This document shows positions 1 to 10,133 of a DNA stretch of 64,000 bases, piece after piece (within the stretch, counting starts at the first letter, position 1; each line of letters begins with the position of its first letter). The position numbers were made by a program, and so were the translations under genes. The notes under the pieces are model-generated. The model had not been told where the DNA came from. It saw nothing but the letters and a program-made list of their open reading frames with translations, and searched no databases. Source of the stretch: an uncultured Candidatus Binatia bacterium (GTDB lineage: Bacteria; Desulfobacterota; Binatia; UBA9968; CAXXLF01); contig OZ244621.1 in the NCBI GenBank assembly GCA_965218425.1, positions 3,840,001 to 3,904,000 of the forward strand, written 5' to 3'.

Positions 1-754
1 GACCCTCATGATGAGAACGATCGAGCCGATCCAGGAAGAAGGGCACCCAGGTGGAGCCTCCCTCAAGAAACCCAACACGCAGTTTGGGAAACCGATCGAA
101 GATCCCATGGGAGAGCATCGCGGCAGCCTGGATCATAATACCCACAGGATGCCCGATGGCATGAACCGGATAGTAAGTGCTGAAAGTATCCATACCCAGG
201 TGGTGCAGCGCCCCCACATGCACCGCCAAGGAGCAATTGAGCTTCTCCGCCTCCTCGTATATGGGCCAGTACAGCTTGGCCCCAAGATGGTTCTGCAAAC
301 CCTCTCCATTTGAGGGCAGCATAGCCCCGATCATTCCCAGTTCCTTGACGGCCCGACGCAGTTCCTCCACGGCAACGTCCACATCCTGGATGGGTATCAG
401 GGCCATTCCCTTCAGCTTTGGGCTGTGGTTGAGAAACGTGTCGTAGAGCCAGTTGTTGTAGGCTCGGCATGCTGCAATGGCCCATTCCATTGAGACGAGC
501 CGGCCCATGGCCAAACCCCATGTGGGATAGAGAACCGTCCAATCAATTTCCGTCCGCTCTAAAAACTCCAGCCACTCCGTTGGACCAGGATTACCAAACT
601 CCTTTTGTCCAAAGGTTGGCTTCAGATAGTGAAAATGAAGATGATCGAGTACCGGAAAGACCTGCGAGGCCCGGCAACCTTTGGGCATGTACTTGACCAG
701 CTCCTCGCTGCGCGCCCCCTCGTTCACGTGACCGTCAGCGTCGATTACTTGCAT
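1..754 (-). CDS. Amidohydrolase-superfamily protein (ACMSD/LigW-like), runs off the left edge
   Basis: Missed by the ORF track. Manual translation from ATG 754 (SD GGGAGG) gives MQVIDADGHV...VLYPT...ACRAYNNWL...LAVH...GIFDRFPKLRVGFLEGG, open to the window edge. Confidence 0.9.
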   Translation of the reverse strand, partial: MQVIDADGHVNEGARSEELVKYMPKGCRASQVFPVLDHLHFHYLKPTFGQKEFGNPGPTEWLEFLERTEIDWTVLYPTWGLAMGRLVSMEWAIAACRAYNNWLYDTFLNHSPKLKGMALIPIQDVDVAVEELRRAVKELGMIGAMLPSNGEGLQNHLGAKLYWPIYEEAEKLNCSLAVHVGALHHLGMDTFSTYYPVHAIGHPVGIMIQAAAMLSHGIFDRFPKLRVGFLEGGSTWVPFFLDRLDRSHHEG

Positions 755-833
755 GTGACATCCTCCCTATTTCAAGGATTTGAAGCTTTGCAGGAATGCC
801 CGAGCACCTACCCCGCGCAGCCCCAGTGTCATT

Positions 834-2303
834 CTAACGTCTCCAGGACTTCAGTCCATCCAAATGGGCCCACTTTTTTAGCACTTCATCCTTATACTCA
901 GGACTTATGGCCGTCGCCTTGGGAAAATCTTTCATCCAGCTGTAGGGTCGGCAGGCATCCATGACAATGCAGGAACTCACCCATTCGCTTCGCTTTCTGA
1001 GTTGCGGGGAAATCCTTGGATTGAGCGAACTTGCCGCCACATCGACAATTTCAGAGGCCGTCCTGGGATCCCAGCGCGAAGAGACTGCCCATAGCACCTC
1101 GTCCATGTTGGTGATGTCGATGTCGTCGTCCACCACGATGACCATGCGCACATCCCTGCCCCCGTCCCGCGTGGCGATAACCCCATATCCCACCTGCTTG
1201 GCATGGCCGGGGTATTTCTGCCGGATGGCAACCACAACCACAAACCTTCCTTGGTGAGGGAACCAAACACCCTGGATTTCCGGCAGACCGCAGCGTTCCA
1301 AGGCGGTCCAGATATTGGCCGATCGGATGTACATGTAGATCTGGCTATTTAAATAGGTCTTGAGCGGAGGATCGCCAGTCAGGATGGGATCCTTGCGGTG
1401 GTGCATGGCTTCCACCCGTACCACTGGGGCAGGGTGAACGTCAGAGGCGTAATATCCAGGCCATTCCCCAAAGGGCCCTTCGTCCTTTGCCTGGCGCTCC
1501 GGCGGGGGCACGTAACCCTCCAGCACAATCTCGGATGAGACTGGTATGGGCAGTCCCGTGACCGGACCCTTGTGCACGGAAACCGCCACCCCCAAAAGCC
1601 CTCCAAGAAATTCATACTCGCTTTCCTTCCAAGGGATACCCACCGCACTGGCAAGGATCATAGACGGAGGGAGCCCGCAAACAATCGCCACAGGGCAATC
1701 CTCTCCCCTGGCCCAGTACTTTTTGGCAATGAGATCTCCATGCTTGCCAGGGACAATGAACAAGCCCACATGCTTTTCATCGTGGACCTGAATCCGATAG
1801 GTCCCAACGTTCACATAGCCTGTATCCGGGTCCCGACAAATGACGGAATCAAAGGTTCCAATGTATCGTCCCCCATCATCCTCATGCCACTGGGGAACGG
1901 GAAACTTCAGAAGATTCACGTTCGCACCCCGGGCTGTGTTCTCCAACCAGGGAGTCATTGAAACCTCACGCGGGGGGAGCGGTTTGAAACTACCCAGTCG
2001 CCCCTTGACGGCCCTCACCATCTCTATTGGCGCGGTTTCCGGAGGCATGCCCAGGGCCAGGGCCTCTCTTGCTGGGGTCATCAGAACGTTGCTGAGGACC
2101 CGGTAGCCCCGGGGATAGTCGGGGATCTCATCGAAGAGAAGAGCAGGAGGCTCCGGCACTCCAGCATAGATTTCTGTTAGCGCCCCGATCTCCTTGTTCC
2201 AATGGGCACCTTGGATTTCTTGGAGCCCACGCGTCTTGCTGACCCGGTCCAGGAAGGCCCTAAGGTCCAACCCGCATTGAGCCTGCTCTACATCTTTCTT
2301 CAT
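834..2303 (-). CDS. UbiD-family (prFMN-dependent) decarboxylase
   Basis: PALLFDEI, DGGRYIGT, NVGTYR, EGPFGEW and VVDDDIDITNMDEVLWA motifs. Confidence 0.92.
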   Translation of the reverse strand: MKKDVEQAQCGLDLRAFLDRVSKTRGLQEIQGAHWNKEIGALTEIYAGVPEPPALLFDEIPDYPRGYRVLSNVLMTPAREALALGMPPETAPIEMVRAVKGRLGSFKPLPPREVSMTPWLENTARGANVNLLKFPVPQWHEDDGGRYIGTFDSVICRDPDTGYVNVGTYRIQVHDEKHVGLFIVPGKHGDLIAKKYWARGEDCPVAIVCGLPPSMILASAVGIPWKESEYEFLGGLLGVAVSVHKGPVTGLPIPVSSEIVLEGYVPPPERQAKDEGPFGEWPGYYASDVHPAPVVRVEAMHHRKDPILTGDPPLKTYLNSQIYMYIRSANIWTALERCGLPEIQGVWFPHQGRFVVVVAIRQKYPGHAKQVGYGVIATRDGGRDVRMVIVVDDDIDITNMDEVLWAVSSRWDPRTASEIVDVAASSLNPRISPQLRKRSEWVSSCIVMDACRPYSWMKDFPKATAISPEYKDEVLKKWAHLDGLKSWRR

Positions 2304-2318
2304 AACCCCATTCCTTTG

Positions 2319-3320
2319 CTACCTAAAATCAGGGTGATGCTGAAGCTGTACAAACTCGGAGGCTACCTCCTCCCACCAGGGCCAGTAGAACATAACTATC
2401 CATCGACACCCTGCGCCAGACTTCGTATTGAAGTGCTGGTGCTCTACTCCCCCGGGCTTAACTGGAAACAGGATTAGATCGTCAGTTTGCCAGTCGTATC
2501 TCGTGCCGTCACAAACGGTGTAACCCTCTCCTTCAGTTACATATATGATCAACCCTCCCTGATGCTTGTGCTTGCCCGTGTGGAGACGGATATCCTGAGC
2601 AAACACGGTCCAGTCCTGAAGAGCGTTACGCTCGAATTCGGGATTGAGATAGTAGCAAACCTTTCCCATACGGTTTTGTTCCCAGCTCATATCCGAGCCA
2701 CGAACCAACAGGTTTCCCTTCTCGTATCTTCCGCGGATCTGCATCCAACGCTGAAAATCACGATCGTATTGGGTGCTCAAAGTAGCGGGAGTATCCTCTC
2801 GCTCTGCCGCCACTGGCACTCGCAACCCGTTGCCCGGCGCCAGATCTTTTTCGGACATCCGACCAGAGGCCTGGAGCTCCTCAAATCCCGAACCCTTATC
2901 CACTCCCAAGGAATGCGCCGTATTGATCTCACAGGCCAGCAAGATTGCGTTGCCTCCCTTTTCCGCATTCAAGTGCTGGTATTCTACTCCGTCTCTCAAG
3001 ATGGGAAGTGTTAGAAGATCGCCAGCCCCCCAGTCGTATAGCTCGCCGTTTACTTTGGTTCTAAGCTTCCCCTCCAGCATGTAAAACAACACGCCTCCCT
3101 GGCATCTCTGCAGACCGCTCTTCCAACCTGGATTCACCTGCTGGGCATAGAGCACATAAGCATTCCAAGCACTGTCGAAGCAAGGATGCATAAACCACTT
3201 CATCTTGCCATGCTGGTTGTCTTCCCACGGAACATCCTTGCCTTTAATCACAATCGGCTGTTGTTGCGCCACAAGTCGTTGCTTGTCCCTGAGCTTGAGC
3301 AGCTCATCAAAATGACTCAT
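2319..3320 (-). CDS. Bicupin-domain protein
   Basis: Two internally similar halves. The C-domain has GKHKHQGG...EGEG...VEHQHFN; the N-domain is degenerate (GLQRCQGG...VEYQHLN). Confidence 0.8.
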   Translation of the reverse strand: MSHFDELLKLRDKQRLVAQQQPIVIKGKDVPWEDNQHGKMKWFMHPCFDSAWNAYVLYAQQVNPGWKSGLQRCQGGVLFYMLEGKLRTKVNGELYDWGAGDLLTLPILRDGVEYQHLNAEKGGNAILLACEINTAHSLGVDKGSGFEELQASGRMSEKDLAPGNGLRVPVAAEREDTPATLSTQYDRDFQRWMQIRGRYEKGNLLVRGSDMSWEQNRMGKVCYYLNPEFERNALQDWTVFAQDIRLHTGKHKHQGGLIIYVTEGEGYTVCDGTRYDWQTDDLILFPVKPGGVEHQHFNTKSGAGCRWIVMFYWPWWEEVASEFVQLQHHPDFR

Positions 3321-3344
3321 TCAATCATGCCTCCATCTGGTTGG

Positions 3345-5462
3345 TTAACAACCCTCGCCGGCCCGGGGGAAATACTTTACCCTTTCCAATCGTTGACACT
3401 TCTGGCAGAACCATCCGGCCAGCTCGAATAATCCGTTGGCGGTCAGATTCAAACAATAGGGGGCAACGGTGGACCACGGGATCAAGAAATAGCCGTCCTT
3501 GGCTAGAGGGGCCCCGCAGCCACTGCATTGACCAGGATCCCCCTCGAACAGGTTACGTTCAATGTCGTCAACAGGTCCCACAAACACCGATTGCGATGAC
3601 TGAATATCTGCCACGGATCGCCGGCCGCGATCCTTCACTCGTTGTTGGCCCATACGTTCCCTGGTCTGTCTGGTTCCGTCCACGTCCAGTTCGCCCGCGG
3701 CATCACAAATGACACCGTAAAGCTCCTTTGCCCACCCAGCAGACACTAGTCCTTCTTTCACATCTCCCGCCACTGCTAGGGAGTCCCGATCCAGGGGATC
3801 CCCCCAACCCCCTCCTCCAGCCCCGGTACAATGAAACAAATCGTTCTCGTCGAGCCAATTCCGACCGAAAGGCTGTATTTTTTCCCTATCTCCTCCCAGG
3901 GTATCCAGGTCTTGCGGCAGGATGCCCTGCTGGAACAGTTTCGCAGCGTTAGACTCCCTCACGATGATCATCTCATTGCACGCACCGGGGTATCCACCCG
4001 CTAAACCCACCGTGCTTGGACAGGCAACACCGTGGGAATGCAGGATCAGGTTCGGAATGGAGGAGACCCCATGGGGTTTGAAGGCCACGTCGATGCCGGC
4101 CCCCCCTCGGAACTTTCCCGCGCCGGCCGAGTCCCGTGCCTGGCGACGGTAAAGGTAAAGGATTGGGTAACGAAGCTCGTTAGTCTCGATGTTGGGTATT
4201 GCGACCTCCGGCTCGCTCCCACTGCCCGTGTTGATGCCATCCTGGGTTCCCCTGGCTCCCCCACCCATCCCCAGTGAACAATCGGTAAAGACCCCTGCAA
4301 ACCTCTGACCGTACTGGTCCGCCCCGGAAAAATCCAGCAGGGGCATATGACCCCTGAGACCCGTGGTGGACCACCGATCCATGCGGCCCTGGCTCAGCAT
4401 CTGACTCACACAGCTGGTCACAGCCTGAAAGACGGCGTAGGTTCCCGATGTGGTCCCCTTGCAAACACCCGCAGGCCAAGAACAATTAACGAAGGTTCCG
4501 GAGTCGGCTTGAACCCGGCAGACCCGAAAGACACCCCCCGGGCAGGGGGATATGGCAAATCCAAAGATGGCCATCACAGCCCTTACAACGTAGCCTTCCA
4601 GGGCGGGCTGCGTCACGTTGATGACCCCCGGTGCCTGTTCCGAGGATCCCGAGAAGTCAAAGTTCAAAACATCACCCTCCTTGATGAGGGTCATCCGGCA
4701 AACATAGATCTGAAGTCTTTCACGATCGAAATAATCCAGATAGGCCACATCGGACCAGGCGCCGTCAGGTATTTCCGTCAAAATCGCCCGCAACTTATTC
4801 TCGGTGGTATCAATGATGCGCTGCATGGCCTCTCTCACGGTGTCCAGACCATAGCGCTCAATGGTCTCAGAGAATCTTCGTTGCATGATGGTGTTGGCCG
4901 AGATCTTGGCCCTGAGATCGATGGCATTCTGTGCGGGTGTCCGAGACCGCCTCAAGTAGTCCTGCTCGATGTCTTTGCGCACAACCCCACCCTCCACGAT
5001 CTTCACCGGTGGCAGCGGGGGCGCTTCTTCCCAAATGGATTGGGCACCCAGGGAGACTTGGCCTGGAGTGGGTCCGCCTGCGTCGGCAATATGAATCCCT
5101 GCACCCGTCCAACCCACCCCTTGGTCCTTCCAGTAGACCGGCCCCACCACCACAGTACAGGTTTGATGAGGCGTGCAAATATACGGGTCATTGGAAAGAA
5201 AGAGATCACCCCGGGAAAGTCCCGGATTTTCTGAATAGTTCTGGTGAATGTATTTGGAGGCGTACATGCATCCCAAGGCATGGGACACGATGGTGGGTCC
5301 TACGATCACCGCCTCACCGGTTTCGTTAAGGAGGGCAACGTTACAGTCATTGGACAATGCCACGGTGGGCGAGCCCGACACATTGCGCAGAGCGATGGCA
5401 CCCTCCCTAACAATGGTCATGAATCGATGTCTTAGAATCTCAAAGGTGACAGGGTCTAGCAT
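3345..5462 (-). CDS. Hydantoinase B/oxoprolinase family protein with C-terminal Cys-motif extension
   Basis: MLDPVTFEIL start, SNDPY, HIADAGG, DSAGAGKFRGG, GGGGWGDPLDR; tail CSGC...CQKC. Confidence 0.9.
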   Translation of the reverse strand: MLDPVTFEILRHRFMTIVREGAIALRNVSGSPTVALSNDCNVALLNETGEAVIVGPTIVSHALGCMYASKYIHQNYSENPGLSRGDLFLSNDPYICTPHQTCTVVVGPVYWKDQGVGWTGAGIHIADAGGPTPGQVSLGAQSIWEEAPPLPPVKIVEGGVVRKDIEQDYLRRSRTPAQNAIDLRAKISANTIMQRRFSETIERYGLDTVREAMQRIIDTTENKLRAILTEIPDGAWSDVAYLDYFDRERLQIYVCRMTLIKEGDVLNFDFSGSSEQAPGVINVTQPALEGYVVRAVMAIFGFAISPCPGGVFRVCRVQADSGTFVNCSWPAGVCKGTTSGTYAVFQAVTSCVSQMLSQGRMDRWSTTGLRGHMPLLDFSGADQYGQRFAGVFTDCSLGMGGGARGTQDGINTGSGSEPEVAIPNIETNELRYPILYLYRRQARDSAGAGKFRGGAGIDVAFKPHGVSSIPNLILHSHGVACPSTVGLAGGYPGACNEMIIVRESNAAKLFQQGILPQDLDTLGGDREKIQPFGRNWLDENDLFHCTGAGGGGWGDPLDRDSLAVAGDVKEGLVSAGWAKELYGVICDAAGELDVDGTRQTRERMGQQRVKDRGRRSVADIQSSQSVFVGPVDDIERNLFEGDPGQCSGCGAPLAKDGYFLIPWSTVAPYCLNLTANGLFELAGWFCQKCQRLERVKYFPRAGEGC

Positions 5463-5507
5463 GTTAGTTCCTAATCAAAAAAATCTGATCATTTAGACGG
5501 CCACGGT

Positions 5508-7589
5508 TCACTCGGTATTCAAGATGACGTTTAAGTATTCGTCCATTTCTACCTTCTGGCCGGGATGAACCACAATGGTTGTGTTCGACGCCTCGATAAT
5601 GGCGGGTCCGGAAAATGTATGCCCCGGGGACAGCTCCTTGATTTCGTATACAGGGGTTTCCTCGAAGGAATCGGTGAAATAGACCTTGCGCGTTGCCCGT
5701 GAAATCGGTCGCGGAGAGCTTGGGTCTAAGGTTGCCTTAAGCATGGCCATCTTTGCAGCCTGGGCTACGGAGACCACGTGAAAGGTAAGGATTTCCGTGC
5801 CAGACTCCCGTATGGCGCTCCCGGCACCGAAGGTCTCCTCATAGAGTTTCACAAAATGCTCCACCATGCCCTCTCCTAGGTCCCCAACCTCCTCCCTCAT
5901 AACGGGCACCCTGACTTCGTGCACCTGATAGCGAAAGCGCATATCCACGAACCAAAGGTAGGAAGCGCTCTCCTCGGCAAAGCCTGACCTGGTCCAATCC
6001 AGTCGACTGGTTTTCTCTAGTTCCTCCAGGGCTGAACGAATTTTTTTGTCGTCAAAGGGTTCACGCATGGGTTGCGCGCGGGAATAGTGACGCCTAAGAT
6101 CCGAGGCCGCAATCCCGAAGGCCGACAGAACCGAGGCGTACAGGGGAACCACCACCTTCTTGACCCCGATCTCCCTGGCATAAGCACCCACATGGGTGGG
6201 ACCAGCCCCCCCATAGGCGAACAAGTCAAAATTACGCGGGTCGTAACCCCTTTCAACGGTGAGGGTCCGCACCAGGTCCGCCATGCGAGTATCCACAATA
6301 TCCAAGATTCCCTTTGCCGCCTCAACCGGGTCCATCCCCAGAGGATCTGCGATCCTTTTTTGCATAGCCGCCAGGGCACCCTCTTTATCCAGCAAATTCC
6401 GCCCACCAAAAAAACTACCGGGATTGATTCGCCCCAGGACAACATCGGCATCCGTGACTGTGGGTTCTACACCGCCCCGGCGGTAACATACGGGTCCTGG
6501 AGTCGATCCCGCACTTTCGGGCCCCACCCGCAGTTCTGATGTGGCGGTATCCACATAGGCAATGCTTCCCCCACCGGCCCCGACGGAGGTCACCTCAACC
6601 GTGGGCACCCTAATCCTGTGTCGCTCGATCACAGCTTCATTGGCAAACCTCGGTTCGGAGTCAATGACCAGCCCAACGTCAAAACTCGTCCCTCCCATAT
6701 CGGTACAGATGACGTTTGGAGCATCGGTGAGAGTCCCCAACTTTGCACATCCCATGACTCCACCCACAGGACCAGCAGCCAAGGCCCTTACCGGCTGTAG
6801 TTCCACCTCTTCCCGCCAACCCAGCCCCCCGTGGGATTGCATGGCTAGGATCCTCCCCTGCAGCCCTCTCTCTTTTAGCCGGTTCTCTAGAGTTTCTAGA
6901 TCATGCCGAGACCCTGGGGCTAGAAAGGCGTTTAAAAGGGTCGTGTTAGCCCTCTCATATTCCCCGAGGGTCGGCGAAATCTCAGAAGAAAGGCAAACGA
7001 GCATTTTGGGGGCCTGCTCACTAATGATATCCCTCACCTCTTGCTCATGCTTGGGATTGAGAAAAGACCATAGAAACACCACGGCCACCGCTTCCACACC
7101 GTTCCTTTCAAGTTCCTTTACGCCCTTCGCCACTTCGTCACGGCTAAGCGGAACCACCACCTCCCCCTTGCAGTCCATACGCTCTGATACGCCTCGGATC
7201 ATTTCACGTCCAGCCAGGGGCTCCGGTTTATTCCATACGGATAGATCGTAGCGCTGATCCTCCCTCAGCCCCTCTGTCCGGGCCATGACCCTGCCGATAC
7301 GCATGACGTCCTCATGCCCCCTCGAAATGAGGACACCCACCGGGGCACCCTTTCGCGCCACCACACGATTGGTCATGCTGGTGGTACCCAGGGCAAAGAC
7401 CTGCGCCCCTCCGAGTAACTCCTCTACGGTTTTTGCAATAGAGCCGGAAAGGTTCTGCAAAGCGACCAGGATGCCCTGGCTCAAGTCTTCAGGCGTGGTA
7501 AAGGCCTTATCGATACTCACACGACCGGCATCATCGATGGCCACGCAGTCCGTGAAGGTCCCTCCAACATCAATGCCGATCACATACAT
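5508..7589 (-). CDS. Hydantoinase A/oxoprolinase family ATPase subunit
   Basis: GIDVGGTFTD, DMGGTSFDV, GAGGGSIA, GPESAGSTPGP, YGGAGPTH. Confidence 0.93.
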   Translation of the reverse strand: MYVIGIDVGGTFTDCVAIDDAGRVSIDKAFTTPEDLSQGILVALQNLSGSIAKTVEELLGGAQVFALGTTSMTNRVVARKGAPVGVLISRGHEDVMRIGRVMARTEGLREDQRYDLSVWNKPEPLAGREMIRGVSERMDCKGEVVVPLSRDEVAKGVKELERNGVEAVAVVFLWSFLNPKHEQEVRDIISEQAPKMLVCLSSEISPTLGEYERANTTLLNAFLAPGSRHDLETLENRLKERGLQGRILAMQSHGGLGWREEVELQPVRALAAGPVGGVMGCAKLGTLTDAPNVICTDMGGTSFDVGLVIDSEPRFANEAVIERHRIRVPTVEVTSVGAGGGSIAYVDTATSELRVGPESAGSTPGPVCYRRGGVEPTVTDADVVLGRINPGSFFGGRNLLDKEGALAAMQKRIADPLGMDPVEAAKGILDIVDTRMADLVRTLTVERGYDPRNFDLFAYGGAGPTHVGAYAREIGVKKVVVPLYASVLSAFGIAASDLRRHYSRAQPMREPFDDKKIRSALEELEKTSRLDWTRSGFAEESASYLWFVDMRFRYQVHEVRVPVMREEVGDLGEGMVEHFVKLYEETFGAGSAIRESGTEILTFHVVSVAQAAKMAMLKATLDPSSPRPISRATRKVYFTDSFEETPVYEIKELSPGHTFSGPAIIEASNTTIVVHPGQKVEMDEYLNVILNTE

Positions 7590-7601
7590 GGTGTCAGCAA
7601 C

Positions 7602-8249
7602 TCACCCCCATAGTCTAACAATGTCATCCTTTCCATAGACATCCGGCCCCAGCAACTCCAGGGCGGCCTGATGCTGTTTGGGATCCGTGCCTGCAACACA
7701 CTCTTGAACCACCACCAGGTAGTAGTCCAGCGTAGTCGCCACACGTGCCGTGGTAAGAACCCCGGAGTGGCTGGCGACTCCCACCAGGACGATGGTCTTG
7801 ATCCCGCGCAACTTCAACATCTTTTCCAGCACCGTTCCTTGAAAGCAGCTAAAAGAAAATTTGTCAAAGACGAGCTCTCCCGCTTGTGGGGTGAGTTCAG
7901 CCACCACTTCATGACCCCACGTGCCATGAACCACGTTGGGCTCCCCTCCCCTCTGCCCTCGTCGGAGCAAGTGGTGCAAATGGACCGGCGACTCGTCTGT
8001 GCCGCCCGGGAAATGACTGGCGCGAGAGTATGCAATCATCATTCCGGCGCGACGCGCGGAATTCAATACCTCCGCCGTCTGGCCGACCGCTTCACGAACC
8101 GACGCCTTGGCGTCCCCAATTTTGTCAAATAGCTTTCCCGAGGGGGCACAGAAGTCGTTTTGCATGTCGTGGATCAGGAGGGCGGCGTGGCGGGGAAGCA
8201 CGAGTTCTCCCAAAGTCTCAAAAATTTCTTTTCCCCCTACATGCTTCAT
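7602..8249 (-). CDS. Isochorismatase-like (cysteine hydrolase family) protein
   Basis: ALLIHDMQNDF, GTWG, DKFSFSCF; Gly at the usual catalytic Cys position (GVASHSGVLTTAR). Confidence 0.85.
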   Translation of the reverse strand: MKHVGGKEIFETLGELVLPRHAALLIHDMQNDFCAPSGKLFDKIGDAKASVREAVGQTAEVLNSARRAGMMIAYSRASHFPGGTDESPVHLHHLLRRGQRGGEPNVVHGTWGHEVVAELTPQAGELVFDKFSFSCFQGTVLEKMLKLRGIKTIVLVGVASHSGVLTTARVATTLDYYLVVVQECVAGTDPKQHQAALELLGPDVYGKDDIVRLWG

Positions 8250-8270
8250 AATTCACCACTGATCTGCCAA

Positions 8271-9974
8271 CTATTTCTCCATGCCCACCATAAATCTCCG
8301 GGCAAATACCCGCGTGGCGATGGCAATGGCCACAAAGGCAAAGATCAACATGACTGCCAGGGCGGATACAAGCGGGAAACTCCCGTCCACCCATGATTTG
8401 AGCAAATAGATGGACAGGATCAACGAGTCCGGGGACCAGAGGACCGCCGCCTGGGAAGCGACTTTGGCGGAGAGCACAAAGACATACAAGCCACCCGCCA
8501 GCAGCGACGGGAGTATGAGGGGGATTACAATTCTTTTCATTACCGAAAGAAAACCAGAACCGCTCACCGTAGCAGCCTCTTCGAGTTCCTTGTGGAGCTG
8601 TCTTAACCCCGCATGGGAGAAGCGGGTGGCGATGGGTAAAAAGCTCACCAGGTAAATCAGCACCAGAATCCAGATGGTCCCATATATGGGATTGGGGAAA
8701 GCGAGAAAGACCACCAAAAAGCTCAGGCCCAATGCGATTCCTGGAATGGCATAGGGGATGAAGGAAACAGTGTCCAGAACCCTGCTCCCCCTGCTATTCC
8801 TACGGACGGTCAGCCATGAGATAACAGTGGCAAGCAGAACGCACCCTACACTAACAGTGATCCCCAAAACTAGAGTGTTTTTTATGGCAAGTAAGAATTC
8901 GGGGTCGGCCAGGACACTGCGATAGTTTTCAAATGTGACACTCGACAATGCCCTAAATGACGGCACCTGATAGTACGGCAACAGGGATACCCAAGAAAGC
9001 ATCAGCAAAGGTATCCCGATGGTTACAACAATATAAAAAACAATGAACCCGCCTGCCAAGGGCCGCCATTTTCCCAGGGGAATGACCCTCGGTCGAAAAC
9101 CCTTTCCTGTAATCGTAGCGAACTGTTCCGCGTCGGACATGAGCCTCTGGTAAATAACCAGACCAATGACCCCGATAACGATCAATACAACGCTCATGGC
9201 AAATGCATGCCCATAGGCAGGAGGTTGAACCTCGCGCGCGGCAATATAGATATTGGTGGCAAAGACCTGGACACCCGAGGACAATCCCATAATAAATGGA
9301 ACCTCGAAGGCCTCCATACCGCGGACAAATTGGAGCAACCCCACCCCAGCAAGGGCGGGCATCATCAATCTAAGCGTGATTCCCCTCACCGTCTGTAATC
9401 TGCCGGCTCCGCACACGGTGGATGCCTCTTCTAAAGAAGGATCCATGGAGCGAAGACTGGCCCCCAGCATCAAGAAGGTCAGCGGTGTCATGGAAAGCCC
9501 CTGGACCCAAAACATGGAGACGATTGTGTACGCATCAAACGGTTTTCCCAGTCCCATCCATTCGGTGATGTTATTGAGAATTCCGTTGTTCGGCTCCAAA
9601 ACGAAAACCCAACCGATGGCCTTCAACATACTCGGGAGGATTAAGGGAACGAACATCAGCCCATAAGTCTGATTGCGAAAGGGCGCATCGGTTCGTTCCA
9701 CCAGGAAGGCGATGATGCCGCCAAAAAAGAAGGCCACCATCATGGACCCGACGGCCAGAAACAGACTGTCAAAGAGCATGGTGAGTGAGCTTGGATCCGC
9801 CAACGACTCGCGGAAATTCTCAAGGGTGAGGTTGTCCAGCCGCCAGTCAGAGACCGTGGCCATATCCACGGGCTTGAAACTACTCCACAGCAAAAATGCA
9901 ATAGGGATAAGTGACAAGGAGGCAACCAAGACGACTATGGATCCAAGGAAAACACTATCCGTCTTGATCTTCAT
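8271..9974 (-). CDS. ABC transporter permease (FbpB/PotB-like, duplicated TM module)
   Basis: About 12 hydrophobic segments and two EAA loops (SLEEASTVCGA, ELEEAATVSGS). Confidence 0.9.
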   Translation of the reverse strand: MKIKTDSVFLGSIVVLVASLSLIPIAFLLWSSFKPVDMATVSDWRLDNLTLENFRESLADPSSLTMLFDSLFLAVGSMMVAFFFGGIIAFLVERTDAPFRNQTYGLMFVPLILPSMLKAIGWVFVLEPNNGILNNITEWMGLGKPFDAYTIVSMFWVQGLSMTPLTFLMLGASLRSMDPSLEEASTVCGAGRLQTVRGITLRLMMPALAGVGLLQFVRGMEAFEVPFIMGLSSGVQVFATNIYIAAREVQPPAYGHAFAMSVVLIVIGVIGLVIYQRLMSDAEQFATITGKGFRPRVIPLGKWRPLAGGFIVFYIVVTIGIPLLMLSWVSLLPYYQVPSFRALSSVTFENYRSVLADPEFLLAIKNTLVLGITVSVGCVLLATVISWLTVRRNSRGSRVLDTVSFIPYAIPGIALGLSFLVVFLAFPNPIYGTIWILVLIYLVSFLPIATRFSHAGLRQLHKELEEAATVSGSGFLSVMKRIVIPLILPSLLAGGLYVFVLSAKVASQAAVLWSPDSLILSIYLLKSWVDGSFPLVSALAVMLIFAFVAIAIATRVFARRFMVGMEK

Positions 9975-10133
9975 TGTTATAGAACCATTGAAAGCACTGG
10001 GAATGGTTACGGATGATACAGGTTGGAGAAACTAAAGGGGATCACCCAGGATCTCATAATACCACCAACAACCATGGGCAACCCCCCTTAGCCGGTCAGT
10101 TCGGCCACCGGTCAGGTAAAGACAGCGACTCGT

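Noticed and set aside
4347..7251. Long + strand ORFs (4347-5234, 6562-7251 and similar)
   Set aside because: They are antisense shadows of well-supported minus-strand genes with no recognisable motifs.
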